Source of the DNA: Neptuniibacter sp.
GTDB taxonomy: Bacteria; Pseudomonadota; Gammaproteobacteria; Pseudomonadales; Balneatricaceae
Assembly: GCA_050633685.1 (NCBI GenBank)
Contig: JBOEHA010000023.1
Coordinates: 29,514-93,513, forward strand
DNA length: 64,000 nucleotides
Direction of reading: 5' to 3'
Shown: piece after piece, positions 47,820-58,054 of the stretch
How the letters are laid out: each line of letters begins with the position of its first letter
Numbering within the stretch: the stretch's first letter is position 1
The notes under the pieces: model-generated
The model's database searches: none
What the model saw: only the letters and a program-made list of their open reading frames with translations
What the model was told of the DNA's origin: nothing
Position numbers and translations under genes: made by a program

Positions 47820-49634
47820 ATGAGTCTCGACGCATTAACATTTCTATTTGTAGGTGGCTCCTTTGTGCTATATATCGGTATCGCGATATGGGCACGTGCG
47901 GGATCTACTAAAGAATTCTACGTTGCGGGCGGTGGTGTACCACCAATTGCAAACGGTATGGCGACTGCAGCTGACTGGATGTCTGCGGCTTCGTTTATCT
48001 CTCTGGCCGGCTTGGTTTCCTTCGTTGGTCGTGACGGTTCAGCTTATCTGATGGGTTGGACAGGTGGTTACGTACTGCTGGCGCTTCTGCTGGCTCCTTA
48101 CCTGCGTAAGTTTGGTAAGTTCACAGTGCCTGACTTCATCGGTGATCGATACTACTCAAGTACTGCGCGTACAATTGCAGTAGTTTGTACAATCGTAATC
48201 TCTTTCACATACGTAGCTGGTCAGATGCGTGGTGTTGGTATCGTATTCTCTCGTTACCTGCACGTTGACATCAATACTGGTGTTGTCATCGGTATGGCTA
48301 TCGTATTCTTCTACGCTGTACTGGGTGGAATGAAAGGTATTACTTATACTCAGGTAGCTCAGTACTGCGTACTGATTCTGGCGTTCACTGTTCCGGCATT
48401 CTTCTTGTCTGCTCAGGTAACAGGTCATATCCTGCCTCAGATCGGTCTGGGTGCAACTCTTGAGAGTGGTATGTCTGTACTGGCGACACTGGATCAGCTG
48501 TCTGTTGATCTAGGCTTCCATCAGTATACTGACGGTAAGAAATCAACCATTGATCTCTTCTTCCTGACTGTAGCTCTGATGTGTGGTACTGCGGGTCTGC
48601 CTCACGTAATCGTACGTTTCTTCACTGTACCTCGTGTAAAAGACGCTCGTCTGTCTGCAGGTTACGCGCTGATTTTCATCGCGCTGCTGTACACTGCGGT
48701 TCCTGGTGTAGCTGGTTTCGGTCGTGTAAACCTGATTCAGACTTTGAACGGTGCAGATAATGCAGGTACTGAGTACGCTGCAATGCCTGAATGGTTCAAG
48801 AACTGGGAAAACACAGGTCTGTTGGCTTGGCAGGATCGTAACGGCGACGGCAAAGTACAATACTCTGCTGGTGCAGCGTTCGATGCTGGTAAAGGTAAGC
48901 CTAAGTTCATCGATGAGCGTGGCGAATACGGTCAGCGTCTGACAAGCAATGCGATCACTTCTGAAGATCCAGCAGTTGCTGCAGGCAAAAAACCTTTCGC
49001 TAACGAAGTATATGTAGACCGTGACATCATGGTACTGGCTAACCCAGACATCGCTCAGCTTCCAAACTGGGTAATTGCTCTGGTAGCAGCGGGTGCGGTT
49101 GCTGCGGCACTATCAACTGCAGCAGGTCTGCTGTTGGTAATCTCTACAGCGATCTCGCATGACTTGATGAAGAAGACAATCAATCCTGATATCTCTGATA
49201 AGCAGGAGCTGATGTACGCTCGTATGGCGGCTGTCGTAGCAATCTGTATCGCAGGTTACTTCGGTATAAACCCTCCAGGCTTCGTGGCCCAGGTAGTAGC
49301 TCTGGCATTCGGTCTGGCGTGTGCGTCCGTATTCCCGGCTATCATCATGGGTATCTTCTGGACTCGTCACACTTCTCAGGGTGCGATCGCAGGTATGCTG
49401 GTAGGTCTGGTATCTACTATGTGCTACATGTACTACTTCGCATTCGGCGGCGGTACTCCAGATCAGTACATCATGGGTATCTCTCCAGGTGGCTTTGGTA
49501 CTGTGGGTGCAATCCTGCACATTATTGTTGGCTTCGTAGTCTCTAAAATGACTGCAGAACCACCGCAGGAAATCCAGGACATCGTTGCGGATCTTCGTAT
49601 CCCACGTGGCGCTGGTGCAGCTCACGATCATTAA
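47820..49634 (+). CDS. Sodium:solute symporter, ActP-like (probable acetate/monocarboxylate uptake)
   Basis: NGMATAADWMSAASF, GGMKGITYTQV, GTAGLPHV..RFFT, AAALSTAAGLL. Confidence 0.88.
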   Translation: MSLDALTFLFVGGSFVLYIGIAIWARAGSTKEFYVAGGGVPPIANGMATAADWMSAASFISLAGLVSFVGRDGSAYLMGWTGGYVLLALLLAPYLRKFGKFTVPDFIGDRYYSSTARTIAVVCTIVISFTYVAGQMRGVGIVFSRYLHVDINTGVVIGMAIVFFYAVLGGMKGITYTQVAQYCVLILAFTVPAFFLSAQVTGHILPQIGLGATLESGMSVLATLDQLSVDLGFHQYTDGKKSTIDLFFLTVALMCGTAGLPHVIVRFFTVPRVKDARLSAGYALIFIALLYTAVPGVAGFGRVNLIQTLNGADNAGTEYAAMPEWFKNWENTGLLAWQDRNGDGKVQYSAGAAFDAGKGKPKFIDERGEYGQRLTSNAITSEDPAVAAGKKPFANEVYVDRDIMVLANPDIAQLPNWVIALVAAGAVAAALSTAAGLLLVISTAISHDLMKKTINPDISDKQELMYARMAAVVAICIAGYFGINPPGFVAQVVALAFGLACASVFPAIIMGIFWTRHTSQGAIAGMLVGLVSTMCYMYYFAFGGGTPDQYIMGISPGGFGTVGAILHIIVGFVVSKMTAEPPQEIQDIVADLRIPRGAGAAHDH

Positions 49635-49654
49635 GATCTGAGTAATATCTTAGG

Positions 49655-49688
49655 AGGGCGCCCAGCGTAATGTTGGTGCGCCCTTTTT
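49655..49688 (+). terminator. Terminator-like hairpin after the symporter
   Basis: AGGGCGC-CCAGC-GTAA-TGTTGG-TGCGCCCT-TTTT. Confidence 0.7.
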
Positions 49689-49711
49689 ATTTCTAATACG
49701 GGGTTTAGGAA

Positions 49712-51541
49712 ATGCCTGATTCTTTCAAAATGACAAATCTTCCTTTCAGCTTATTGGATGAAAAGGAGCAAGCTCTTTTAAAGTCGAGTTTGGATATTGC
49801 TTACTACCAGAAGGGAGAAGTTATTCTGGCGGCGAACACGGAGCCGGAAGGTGTATATGTCATTTTTAAAGGAAAGGTTGGTGAGAGTGAAGCAACAGAA
49901 AATGAAGAGGATATTGCTGACCACGTATTCGTTCATTACACCAATGAGGATTATTTCGGTGCCTGGTCAGCTATTCGTGGTAAGGCAATTCATAACTTTA
50001 TAGCGGAAGAGGAAACAATTTGTCACCTTCTGCCAACTAAGACTTTGCTGGATTTGATGGCTACCAACGGTACTTTTGCGGATTATTTCCAGCAAAACCT
50101 GTCGGCAAAAACTGAAATTGTTCAGCAGCAAAGCAAAGACCAGGATATGGCAGAATTCATGCTTGCGAAGGTCTCGGATGGCTTGGTTCGCGATCCTTTG
50201 GTTATCAATGAGGGTACGTCGATTAAAGATGCCACTCTGATGATGAGAAGGGAGAAGGCAGACTGTATTCTGGTCAAAAGGGGTAACCGTTTCGGGATGG
50301 TAACGGGTACCGACCTTCTGGATGCGGTCATTGTGAATGGCCTCTCGTTAGACAGTGATCTCGCAGAAATAGCGAGCTACAGGTTGATCACCGTTAAGCC
50401 TGATGATTATTTGTTTAATGCTCTGATCATCATGACTCAGCAGCATATAGAGCGTGTTGTGGTGATGCGAGATGCTGAGATGACCGGTATCGTTGAGCTG
50501 ACAGATGTTTTGAGCTATTTCTCAAGCCATTCTCATGTAATTGGGTTGAAAATTGAAAGGGCTCAAACCATTGAAGATCTAAAAGAGGCTGAGCAGGGGC
50601 TGGAAGATCTTATCAGGGCCTTAGTTTCGAATGGGGTTAAGACACGGTTTGTAATGGATCTTCTCGCTGCCATGAATGGCCGGATTATCGCCAAGCTTTT
50701 TAATATTATTATTCCTTCAGACATGCAGCCGCATGTTTGCCTTCTGGTTATGGGCTCCGAGGGGCGTGGTGAGCAGATCATGAAGACTGATCAGGATAAT
50801 GCTATCGTTTATCGTGATGGGTTGGTTTGGCCGGGAATGCAGGAAACTCTGAATAAGTTTAGTCAGACTTTAATCGAATTTGGCTTTCCCCCATGTCCGG
50901 GTAACATAATGGTATCCAATCCTAACTGGGTAAAATCCCTGGGTGAGTGGACAAAAATGCTGAGCGATTGGGCGGCATCTTGTGAAGGTGATGCTCAGAT
51001 GAATCTTGCAATTGCAGTTGATGCTAAGCCGGTGGCTGGGAATCCAGCTATATTTAAAGCTGCTCGTAACTGGTTTAACCGCCATTTGAGAAATAATGAT
51101 GTTTTTTTCTCGCACTTTGCAAAAGCCTCACTTGAGTTTGATACGCCACTAACTTTCTTCGGCAACCTTAAAGATAAAGGTGAATTGGATATTAAGAAGG
51201 GCGGGATTTTTCCTATTGTTCATGGTGTTCGGACGATTGCCCTTGAGAAACGGATTAAAGCAACAAACACTTTTGAGCGAATCGAAGTATTGGTTGCAGA
51301 TGGTGAGCTGAAAGAGAAGCATGGCAAAGAAATGACGGAAGCTTTAAGTCTGTTTATCAGCCTGCGGTTGCGTCAGCAAGTTAAGCGAATTGAATGCAGT
51401 GAAGATGGGCTTGATAGTACGCCAAACATTATAGAATTGAGTTCTCTTGATAAATTAGAAAGAGATCTGTTAAGAGATGCTTTACATATAGTTAAGGGTT
51501 TCAAAAAGCATCTTGAACTCAGGTATCACCTCGGAGGTTGA
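49712..51541 (+). CDS. cNMP-binding-CBS-DUF294 nucleotidyltransferase-like protein
   Basis: cNMP-like N-terminus, CBS pair, NTase motif MGSEGR.EQ..KTDQDNA, LDIKKGGIFPIVHGVR. Confidence 0.88.
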   Translation: MPDSFKMTNLPFSLLDEKEQALLKSSLDIAYYQKGEVILAANTEPEGVYVIFKGKVGESEATENEEDIADHVFVHYTNEDYFGAWSAIRGKAIHNFIAEEETICHLLPTKTLLDLMATNGTFADYFQQNLSAKTEIVQQQSKDQDMAEFMLAKVSDGLVRDPLVINEGTSIKDATLMMRREKADCILVKRGNRFGMVTGTDLLDAVIVNGLSLDSDLAEIASYRLITVKPDDYLFNALIIMTQQHIERVVVMRDAEMTGIVELTDVLSYFSSHSHVIGLKIERAQTIEDLKEAEQGLEDLIRALVSNGVKTRFVMDLLAAMNGRIIAKLFNIIIPSDMQPHVCLLVMGSEGRGEQIMKTDQDNAIVYRDGLVWPGMQETLNKFSQTLIEFGFPPCPGNIMVSNPNWVKSLGEWTKMLSDWAASCEGDAQMNLAIAVDAKPVAGNPAIFKAARNWFNRHLRNNDVFFSHFAKASLEFDTPLTFFGNLKDKGELDIKKGGIFPIVHGVRTIALEKRIKATNTFERIEVLVADGELKEKHGKEMTEALSLFISLRLRQQVKRIECSEDGLDSTPNIIELSSLDKLERDLLRDALHIVKGFKKHLELRYHLGG

Positions 51542-51544
51542 TAA

Positions 51545-52177
51545 ATGATCATACCTAGAGCGGTCAGAAGAATAAAAGAAAAATACGACCATAGGTCTGG
51601 GCCTTATGCTTCTCTGTTTGTGCCTTATGATGGAGATGAGGTGGTTTCTCTGGACTGCGAAACGACCAGTTTGGATGTGAAGCAGGGGGAAATCGTTTCT
51701 ATTGGCGCGGTAAAGATCAAAGGTAAAAAGGTGCTCAGTAGTGATCGTCTGGACATCAAGTTAAAACCGCCAAAATCTCTTACGGGGGATTCGATTAAGA
51801 TTCACAAAATTCGTGAAGCGGATCTGGCAGAAGGGATCGATATCGAAGATGCGCTTGAGCAGGTTCTGGAATTCGTAGGTAATCGCCCGATATTAGGGTA
51901 TTACGTCAACTATGATATTCGTATGCTGGATAAGTTTATTCGTCCGCAGTTTGGGTTCGGTCTTCCGAACAAAGCGATAGAACTCTCGCATGTATATCAC
52001 GATATTATTAAGTGGAAATCGGTCGGCGGAAATGTTGATCTGCGCTTTGATACGATCTCTAAAGAATTGGATATACCTATGCTGGAGCGCCATACCGCTA
52101 TAGGTGATGCGCTAACAGTTGCGCTCATGTACGTACGCTTGAAATATGGTGATCCGCCGGAAGTGCAGTACATCTAG
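51545..52177 (+). CDS. DEDDh 3'-5' exonuclease family protein
   Basis: SLDCETT, GYYVNYD, RHTAIGDA. Confidence 0.85.
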   Translation: MIIPRAVRRIKEKYDHRSGPYASLFVPYDGDEVVSLDCETTSLDVKQGEIVSIGAVKIKGKKVLSSDRLDIKLKPPKSLTGDSIKIHKIREADLAEGIDIEDALEQVLEFVGNRPILGYYVNYDIRMLDKFIRPQFGFGLPNKAIELSHVYHDIIKWKSVGGNVDLRFDTISKELDIPMLERHTAIGDALTVALMYVRLKYGDPPEVQYI

Positions 52178-52196
52178 TTAAAACTGTCAAAACAAT

Positions 52197-52219
52197 AACG
52201 GGCCAATGGCCCGTTTTTT
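52197..52219 (+). terminator. Terminator of the acetate operon
   Basis: AACGGGCC-AAT-GGCCCGTT-TTTT. Confidence 0.75.
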
Positions 52220-52222
52220 GCT
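52207..52222 (+). promoter_or_regulatory. sigma54 promoter of the fliE operon, overlapping the terminator
   Basis: TGGCCCGTTTTTTGCT = TGGC-N7-TTGCT (GG-N10-GC). Confidence 0.65.
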
Positions 52223-52351
52223 TTTATATGCTTGTAAGCTTTTGGGTTTTAGTGCTTTAGACAAAAAAATGTCACTATAGGCGTTTTAAGGCATTGATGG
52301 CTTCTCGTAACTGGTTATAATGTCAAATAATTGCCGTTTTGAGGGTGTGTG

Positions 52352-52705
52352 ATGGAAAGGACTGATATTAATAGTGTGCTGATGCAGATGCGTGCGATTA
52401 AGTCGCAGGTCCAAAATACTTCACCTGAACTTTCTCAAATTGCTAACCCAGCTGGTATTAATGGTGTACAGCCTAATGAGCGCACCGGGTTTGGCGATAT
52501 TCTGAAAAACGCGGTTGACGGTGTTAACGAAGTTCAGGCGGATGCCAAAAAAATGGCGGTTGCCTATGAGCAGGGCGTTGAAGGTATTGACCTGCCTCAG
52601 GTAATGATCGCAGCGGAGAAGGCTTCAGTCTCCTTTCAGGCAATGACGCAGGTGAGAAATCGCTTAGTCAGTGCTTATGAAGATATAATGAAGATGCCAA
52701 TTTAA
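52352..52705 (+). CDS. fliE: Hook-basal body protein FliE
   Basis: [43 protein letters not shown]. Confidence 0.96.
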   Translation: MERTDINSVLMQMRAIKSQVQNTSPELSQIANPAGINGVQPNERTGFGDILKNAVDGVNEVQADAKKMAVAYEQGVEGIDLPQVMIAAEKASVSFQAMTQVRNRLVSAYEDIMKMPI

Positions 52706-52740
52706 CTGTTTGATAACTACAAGAAAATTAAGGTGAGTTT

Positions 52741-54405
52741 GTGGCAGATGCAGAAGCGTTAAGTGGAAGTCCAATGCTGGGCTTTAATAAGCTTAGTATT
52801 GTGCGTCAAATTGGTCTGATGGTTGGGCTTGCAGCAAGTGTTGCGATAGGCTTTGCTGTTGTTTTGTGGTCGCAGAAGGCTGAGCAGCGAGTGTTGTTTA
52901 GTAACCTTACTTTTGCTGATGCAAACCAGATCATTGAGCAGCTACGCCTTTATAATGTTCCTCACGAGTTCGATGCTGATGGCCGCGCTATTCTTGTTCC
53001 TGATGAATATGTACACCAAGCTCGCCTTAAATTAGCAGCAGAAGGTTTTACCTCTGATAAAACGGTTGGTTTTGAAATTCTGGATCAGGAGCAAAGCCTG
53101 GGTACCAGTCAGTTTATGGAAACCGCACGTTATCGTCGTGGTCTTGAGGGTGAGCTTGCCAGAACGATTGCAAGTATGACTTCTGTGCGCAACGCACGAG
53201 TTCATCTGGCTATCCCAAAAGATACTGTTTTTATTCGTGATACGCGAAAACCCACCGCTTCCGTTTTTCTTGAGTTGTTCTCTGGGCGCAAGCTGGAGCG
53301 AGATCAGGTGGCTTCAATCGCGAATCTTGTTGCTTCCAGTATTCCAGCGTTAAATGTTAAAGATGTTACTGTTGTTGACCAGAAAGGCCGTTTATTAAAC
53401 ATTCGTGATAAAGATGTGAATGTGGTGCTGGCAGCGAAACAGCTGGAGTACACTCGTTCTATCGAAGATACGTTGCTGAATCGTGTAAATAGTATCCTGC
53501 AGCCAGTTGTTGGTATTGGTCGTTTTCGTGCAGAGGTTTCAGCGGATGTGGATTTTACATCTGTAGAGCAGACTGATGAGCTTTATAATCCTGATTTGCC
53601 TGCACTTCGCAGTGAGCAAACCATGGATGAGTCACGGGTTGGTAATGGTGCCCCGGTGGGTGTTCCTGGAGCGTTGTCTAATCAGCCTCCAGGTCCAAGT
53701 AGTGTGCCAGAAGAAGCTTCTGGAACAGGAGTTCTGGCTGGGGGAGGTTCCGCTCCTGGTTCATCACGTAAGCAGGCAACGCGAAACTTTGAATTGGATC
53801 GGACTATCAGCTATACCCGGCATCAACAGGGGCGTCTGCGTCGGTTGACCGTTGCTGTTGTGGTTGATGATCTTCAAAGTATTAACGCTGAGTCGGGCGA
53901 GGCTGCACGTACACCCTGGGACCAAAATGAGTTGGAGAGATTACGTATTCTTGTTCAGGATGCGGTTGGATTCTCAGCATATAGGGGTGATAGCGTTAAT
54001 GTTGTGAATACGCCGTTTGTGGTAGATGCGCCGGTTGTTACTGAGGAAGTTGCGATCTGGCAGCAGGACTGGGTGTGGGATCTGGTAAAACAGGTTATGG
54101 CTGCCATTTTTGTATTGGTGTTGGTATTTGGCATCTTGCGTCCAATCTTACGTAACCTCGCTACAGCTGGAACGGCGGGTAATGTTGCGGGGCTTGGTGC
54201 GGCAGGTGAAGTGGCAGCTGAGTTGGAAGGTCTTGAAAGTGGGGACTTCTCTGCTGAATCGGTTTCTTTTGGTTCAGATGATGGCTTGTTGCCAACCCCG
54301 AACGAAAGTTTTGATTATCAGTTGAACGCAATTCGTAGCATGGTTGCGGAAGATCCTGCCAAAGTCGCTCAGGCTGTGAAGCAGTGGGTTAAAGAAGATG
54401 AGTGA
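52741..54405 (+). CDS. fliF: MS-ring protein FliF
   Basis: GFEILD, LEGELARTI, ARVHLAIP, GVPGALSNQPP, NFELDRTI. Confidence 0.97.
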   Translation: MADAEALSGSPMLGFNKLSIVRQIGLMVGLAASVAIGFAVVLWSQKAEQRVLFSNLTFADANQIIEQLRLYNVPHEFDADGRAILVPDEYVHQARLKLAAEGFTSDKTVGFEILDQEQSLGTSQFMETARYRRGLEGELARTIASMTSVRNARVHLAIPKDTVFIRDTRKPTASVFLELFSGRKLERDQVASIANLVASSIPALNVKDVTVVDQKGRLLNIRDKDVNVVLAAKQLEYTRSIEDTLLNRVNSILQPVVGIGRFRAEVSADVDFTSVEQTDELYNPDLPALRSEQTMDESRVGNGAPVGVPGALSNQPPGPSSVPEEASGTGVLAGGGSAPGSSRKQATRNFELDRTISYTRHQQGRLRRLTVAVVVDDLQSINAESGEAARTPWDQNELERLRILVQDAVGFSAYRGDSVNVVNTPFVVDAPVVTEEVAIWQQDWVWDLVKQVMAAIFVLVLVFGILRPILRNLATAGTAGNVAGLGAAGEVAAELEGLESGDFSAESVSFGSDDGLLPTPNESFDYQLNAIRSMVAEDPAKVAQAVKQWVKEDE

Positions 54406-55402
54406 CGAGTCTGGACTCGGTGAAATTGAAAAAGCTGCCATATTGCTGATCAGCCTGGGGGAGGCTGATGCCGCAGAGATCCTTAAACATATGGGCCCTA
54501 AAGAGGTTCAGATGATCGGGGAAGCAATGGCTCAGCTGAATAATGTGCCGCAGTCCAAAGTGGAGACTGTGGTCGGTGATTTCATGGGCGTGGTCAGCGA
54601 CCAGACGGGTATAGGTATCAATAATGACGTTTATATTCGTTCAATGCTTAATCAGGCTTTAGGTGAAGAGAAAGCCAAAACACTCCTTGATCGAATTCTT
54701 ATGAGTACCAATACCTCAGGTTTGGATACTCTTCGTTGGATGGAACCTCGCCAGATCGCTGAAATAATCCGCTATGAGCACCCCCAGATACAGGCGGTTG
54801 TTGTGGCTTACCTTGAGCCAGACGCTGCAGCAGGTGTGTTAGGTTGCTTTGATGATAAGCAGCGTTTGGATATTCTGATGCGTGTTGCTGCTCTTGATCG
54901 TATTCAGCCTCAGGCGCTTCAGGAGTTGAATGATATTCTTGAGCGTCAATTTGCTGGCGCCAGCGGCGCAAGCTCCGCAACACTGGGTGGTATCAAATCT
55001 GCTGCAGATATTATGAACTTCATTGATTCCAGCATTGAGGCGGAATTGATGGACGGCATTAAAGAGTCGGATGAGAATATGGCGAATACCATCTCGGATC
55101 TGATGTTTGTGTTCGAGAACCTTCAGGATGTTGAGGATATTGGTATTCAGGCTATTCTTCGAGAGGTATCCACGGATGTGCTAGTGGTTGCCCTGAAGGG
55201 TGCTGATGTGTCACTTCAGGAGAAAATATTCCGCAATATGTCGAAACGAGCGGCAGAGCTCCTGCGTGATGACCTTGAGGCCAAAGGCCCTGTTAGAGTC
55301 AGTGAAGTTGAAGAAGCACAGAAAGAAGTTCTTACAATTGCGCGTCGCCTTGCTGATGAGGGTGAAATTATCCTTGGTGGCGGCGGTGAAGCAATGGTTT
55401 AG
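54398..55402 (+). CDS. fliG: Motor switch protein FliG
   Basis: KAAILL.SLGE, EHPQIQA, MFVFENL, GPVRVSEVEEAQ. Confidence 0.97.
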   Translation: MSDESGLGEIEKAAILLISLGEADAAEILKHMGPKEVQMIGEAMAQLNNVPQSKVETVVGDFMGVVSDQTGIGINNDVYIRSMLNQALGEEKAKTLLDRILMSTNTSGLDTLRWMEPRQIAEIIRYEHPQIQAVVVAYLEPDAAAGVLGCFDDKQRLDILMRVAALDRIQPQALQELNDILERQFAGASGASSATLGGIKSAADIMNFIDSSIEAELMDGIKESDENMANTISDLMFVFENLQDVEDIGIQAILREVSTDVLVVALKGADVSLQEKIFRNMSKRAAELLRDDLEAKGPVRVSEVEEAQKEVLTIARRLADEGEIILGGGGEAMV

Positions 55403-55414
55403 GGCTAGTTGGTT

Positions 55415-56185
55415 ATGTCTCAGGATTCTAAGCCATTTAAGCGCCTTCGAGCAGACGAGATTGATAGTTTCGAGAACTGGAGTTTACCACAGGTCGGTAG
55501 TCCTGCATCTGTGGGCCTGGAGCGAAAGGAGTCTGTGCCGGTCCAGGTGATTGAAGAAGAGATTGCGGCGGAAAAAATTACTGTTTCTGAGCTGGAGTCT
55601 ATTCGTGAAACTGCAAGGCTGGAAGGGTTAGCAGCAGGTCTGGAAGAGGGTCGGGCTGAAGGTCAGAAGCAGGGCAGAGAGGCTGGTGCTCTTGAGGGTA
55701 AAGAGCAGGGTTATCAAGAGGGTTTTGCTCAAGGTGAAGCTGAAGTTAAACGTCTGCAAGGGATGTTGCAGCAGATGCTGACAGAGCTTGAATCCCCTGT
55801 TGAGAGCGTTGCTGAGGATGTGGAGCGGTTGTTGCTGACTATGGTGGTTGAGCTTTCTGAAAAGGTAGTTGGAAGAGAGCTAGCGCTGAATAAAAATATT
55901 CTACAGGATGCTATCTCTTCTGCGCTCCAGCAGCTACCTGAGTCATCTGGTGCGATCAAGCTTCAGGTAAATGTGGCAGACCATCAGTTCATCAAGGATG
56001 TACTTGTAAAATCTCATCCTGATCTGGAGGTGGTCGATAGTGACGCCATTGCTCCCGGTGGGTTTAAAATGGAAACACTGAATACTCTGGTGAAGCATGA
56101 AGTTGAAGACCGTTTTGCTCATGTTGCAGAACAGTTTTTAGCATCAGGAGCTAATCCGGAGGTTGATGATGAGCAGGGTTCTTAA
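55415..56185 (+). CDS. fliH: Export apparatus protein FliH
   Basis: GxxxG repeats ([13 protein letters not shown]...GYQEGFAQG); located between fliG and fliI. Confidence 0.92.
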   Translation: MSQDSKPFKRLRADEIDSFENWSLPQVGSPASVGLERKESVPVQVIEEEIAAEKITVSELESIRETARLEGLAAGLEEGRAEGQKQGREAGALEGKEQGYQEGFAQGEAEVKRLQGMLQQMLTELESPVESVAEDVERLLLTMVVELSEKVVGRELALNKNILQDAISSALQQLPESSGAIKLQVNVADHQFIKDVLVKSHPDLEVVDSDAIAPGGFKMETLNTLVKHEVEDRFAHVAEQFLASGANPEVDDEQGS

Positions 56186-57560
56186 GCGCCTTCAGAAATA
56201 TCAGAATCCGCATCTGGATTCTTTACCCCCTCGTATTGTTGGTAAAATCACCCGTCTTATCGGCTTAACTCTTGAAGCTGTTGGTATTAAGGCTGCAATC
56301 GGTGATTGCTGCTTTATCGAAATGTCTGAATCACTGAAGGTTGAAGCGGAAGTTGTGGGTTTCTCCGGTGATCGAGTCTATTTAATGCCGCTTTACCCCG
56401 TTGAGGGTATTCAGGCTGGAACCCGGGTTATTGCGTCTTCTCAGTCTGGAAAAGTCCCTGTCGGTGAAACACTGTTGGGGCGGGTGTTGGACGGTGTTGG
56501 AAAACCTATTGATGGCAAAGGCCCATTAAGACCAGAGTCCGAGACGGATCTTTCTGGCGACATTATAAATCCGTTGATAAGGGAGCCAATCAAACAGCCT
56601 CTTGACGTTGGTATTAGAGCAATTAACGGGTTGCTTACCGTCGGTCGTGGTCAGCGCATGGGGCTGTTTGCGGGGAGTGGTGTTGGTAAATCTGTCCTCT
56701 TGGGGATGATGACGCGTTTTACAGAGGCAGAAATAATAGTGGTTGGCCTCATCGGTGAGCGAGGCAGGGAAGTAAAAGAATTTATTGAGCATAGCTTGGG
56801 GGAGCAGGGTTTGAAGCGCTCGGTTGTAGTCGCTTCGCCTGCAGATGACTCTCCCTTGATGCGCCTGCGCGCTTCGCAATTGGCGACGCGTATTGCTGAG
56901 GATTTTCGTGATAAAGGCAAAAATGTCCTATTGTTGATGGATTCTTTGACCCGTTATGCACAAGCCCAGCGAGAGATTGCGCTTGCGGTTGGTGAGCCTC
57001 CGGCAACCAAGGGGTATCCACCTTCGGTATTTGCCAAAATTCCCAAATTGGTTGAAAGGGCGGGTAATGGTGAGGCTGGAGGCGGTTCGATTACGGCTTT
57101 TTATACTGTGTTGACGGAAGGTGATGATCAGCAGGACCCAGTAGCCGATGCAGCCAGAGCGATTCTGGATGGGCATATTGTTCTGTCGCGCCAGTTAGCC
57201 GAGCAGGGGCATTATCCAGCCATCGATGTGGAGGCTTCTATCAGTCGAGCGATGCCGCAGATTGTGGATGAAACCCACCTGAAGATGGCTATGAAATTTA
57301 AGCAGCTATACTCCAAATATCGCTTAAATGAAGATCTTATTAATGTTGGGGCTTATGTGAAAGGTAGTGACCCGGATACGGATTTTGTGATTGATAATCT
57401 GCCCTCACTAATGGGCTATTTGCGCCAGGGAATTAATGAATCCTTTCCTTTGGTTCAATCTATGCAAGAGATGATTATGGTCTTATCAGCTCCGCCCACG
57501 GCTTCCGAAGCAAGCTCTCAACAGTTGCGACGGCCTCCGGTTAATGGATTGCAGAAATGA
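56169..57560 (+). CDS. fliI: Flagellar export ATPase FliI
   Basis: [42 protein letters not shown]. Confidence 0.97.
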   Translation: MSRVLKRLQKYQNPHLDSLPPRIVGKITRLIGLTLEAVGIKAAIGDCCFIEMSESLKVEAEVVGFSGDRVYLMPLYPVEGIQAGTRVIASSQSGKVPVGETLLGRVLDGVGKPIDGKGPLRPESETDLSGDIINPLIREPIKQPLDVGIRAINGLLTVGRGQRMGLFAGSGVGKSVLLGMMTRFTEAEIIVVGLIGERGREVKEFIEHSLGEQGLKRSVVVASPADDSPLMRLRASQLATRIAEDFRDKGKNVLLLMDSLTRYAQAQREIALAVGEPPATKGYPPSVFAKIPKLVERAGNGEAGGGSITAFYTVLTEGDDQQDPVADAARAILDGHIVLSRQLAEQGHYPAIDVEASISRAMPQIVDETHLKMAMKFKQLYSKYRLNEDLINVGAYVKGSDPDTDFVIDNLPSLMGYLRQGINESFPLVQSMQEMIMVLSAPPTASEASSQQLRRPPVNGLQK

Positions 57561-58000
57561 ATAAACGTTCAAAGCGCTTACAGATCGTATTGGATCTGGC
57601 AGAAAAGAAAAAACAGCAGGCTGATCAGTTTCTTGCTGCCAGTCGACAGCGCGTTGAGCAGGATAATAAAACTATGCTGCAACTTGAGCAGTACATGTCT
57701 GAGTATCATGCTAACTATCTGGGTGTGAACGCAGAGGGGTGTAGTGGTGCGCAGTTGCATGCTCAGCAGGCGTTTATGCAGAAGATTCAGGATGCTCAGA
57801 ATACGCAACAGCAGGCGATGGAACAGAACCGTAAGGAGCTAGAGGTGGTTGAGCAGCACTGGAAAGAAACTTATGCGCGTTTGCAGGGTATCTCTAAGTT
57901 GACAGACAAAGTTCGTAAACAAGAGTTGCAGGAGCAGGAAAAGGCTCTGCAGAAACAGATAGATGAGCGTTCACAGAATAACCGTCCCGCCTTTATTTAA
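57557..58000 (+). CDS. fliJ: FliJ
   Basis: Coiled-coil; [19 protein letters not shown]-like C-terminus; follows fliI. Confidence 0.9.
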   Translation: MNKRSKRLQIVLDLAEKKKQQADQFLAASRQRVEQDNKTMLQLEQYMSEYHANYLGVNAEGCSGAQLHAQQAFMQKIQDAQNTQQQAMEQNRKELEVVEQHWKETYARLQGISKLTDKVRKQELQEQEKALQKQIDERSQNNRPAFI

Positions 58001-58003
58001 TGT

Positions 58004-58019
58004 TGGCCTTCTTTTTGCT
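58004..58019 (+). promoter_or_regulatory. sigma54 promoter of fliK
   Basis: TGGCCTTCTTTTTGCT (GG-N10-GC), 35 nt upstream of the ATG. Confidence 0.75.
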
Positions 58020-58054
58020 GTTTAGTATTTAGGCATGACCCAGAGGAGCCTGAA

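Noticed and set aside
55620-55740. Repetitive GxxxG-coding stretch in fliH
   Set aside because: A normal feature of FliH proteins
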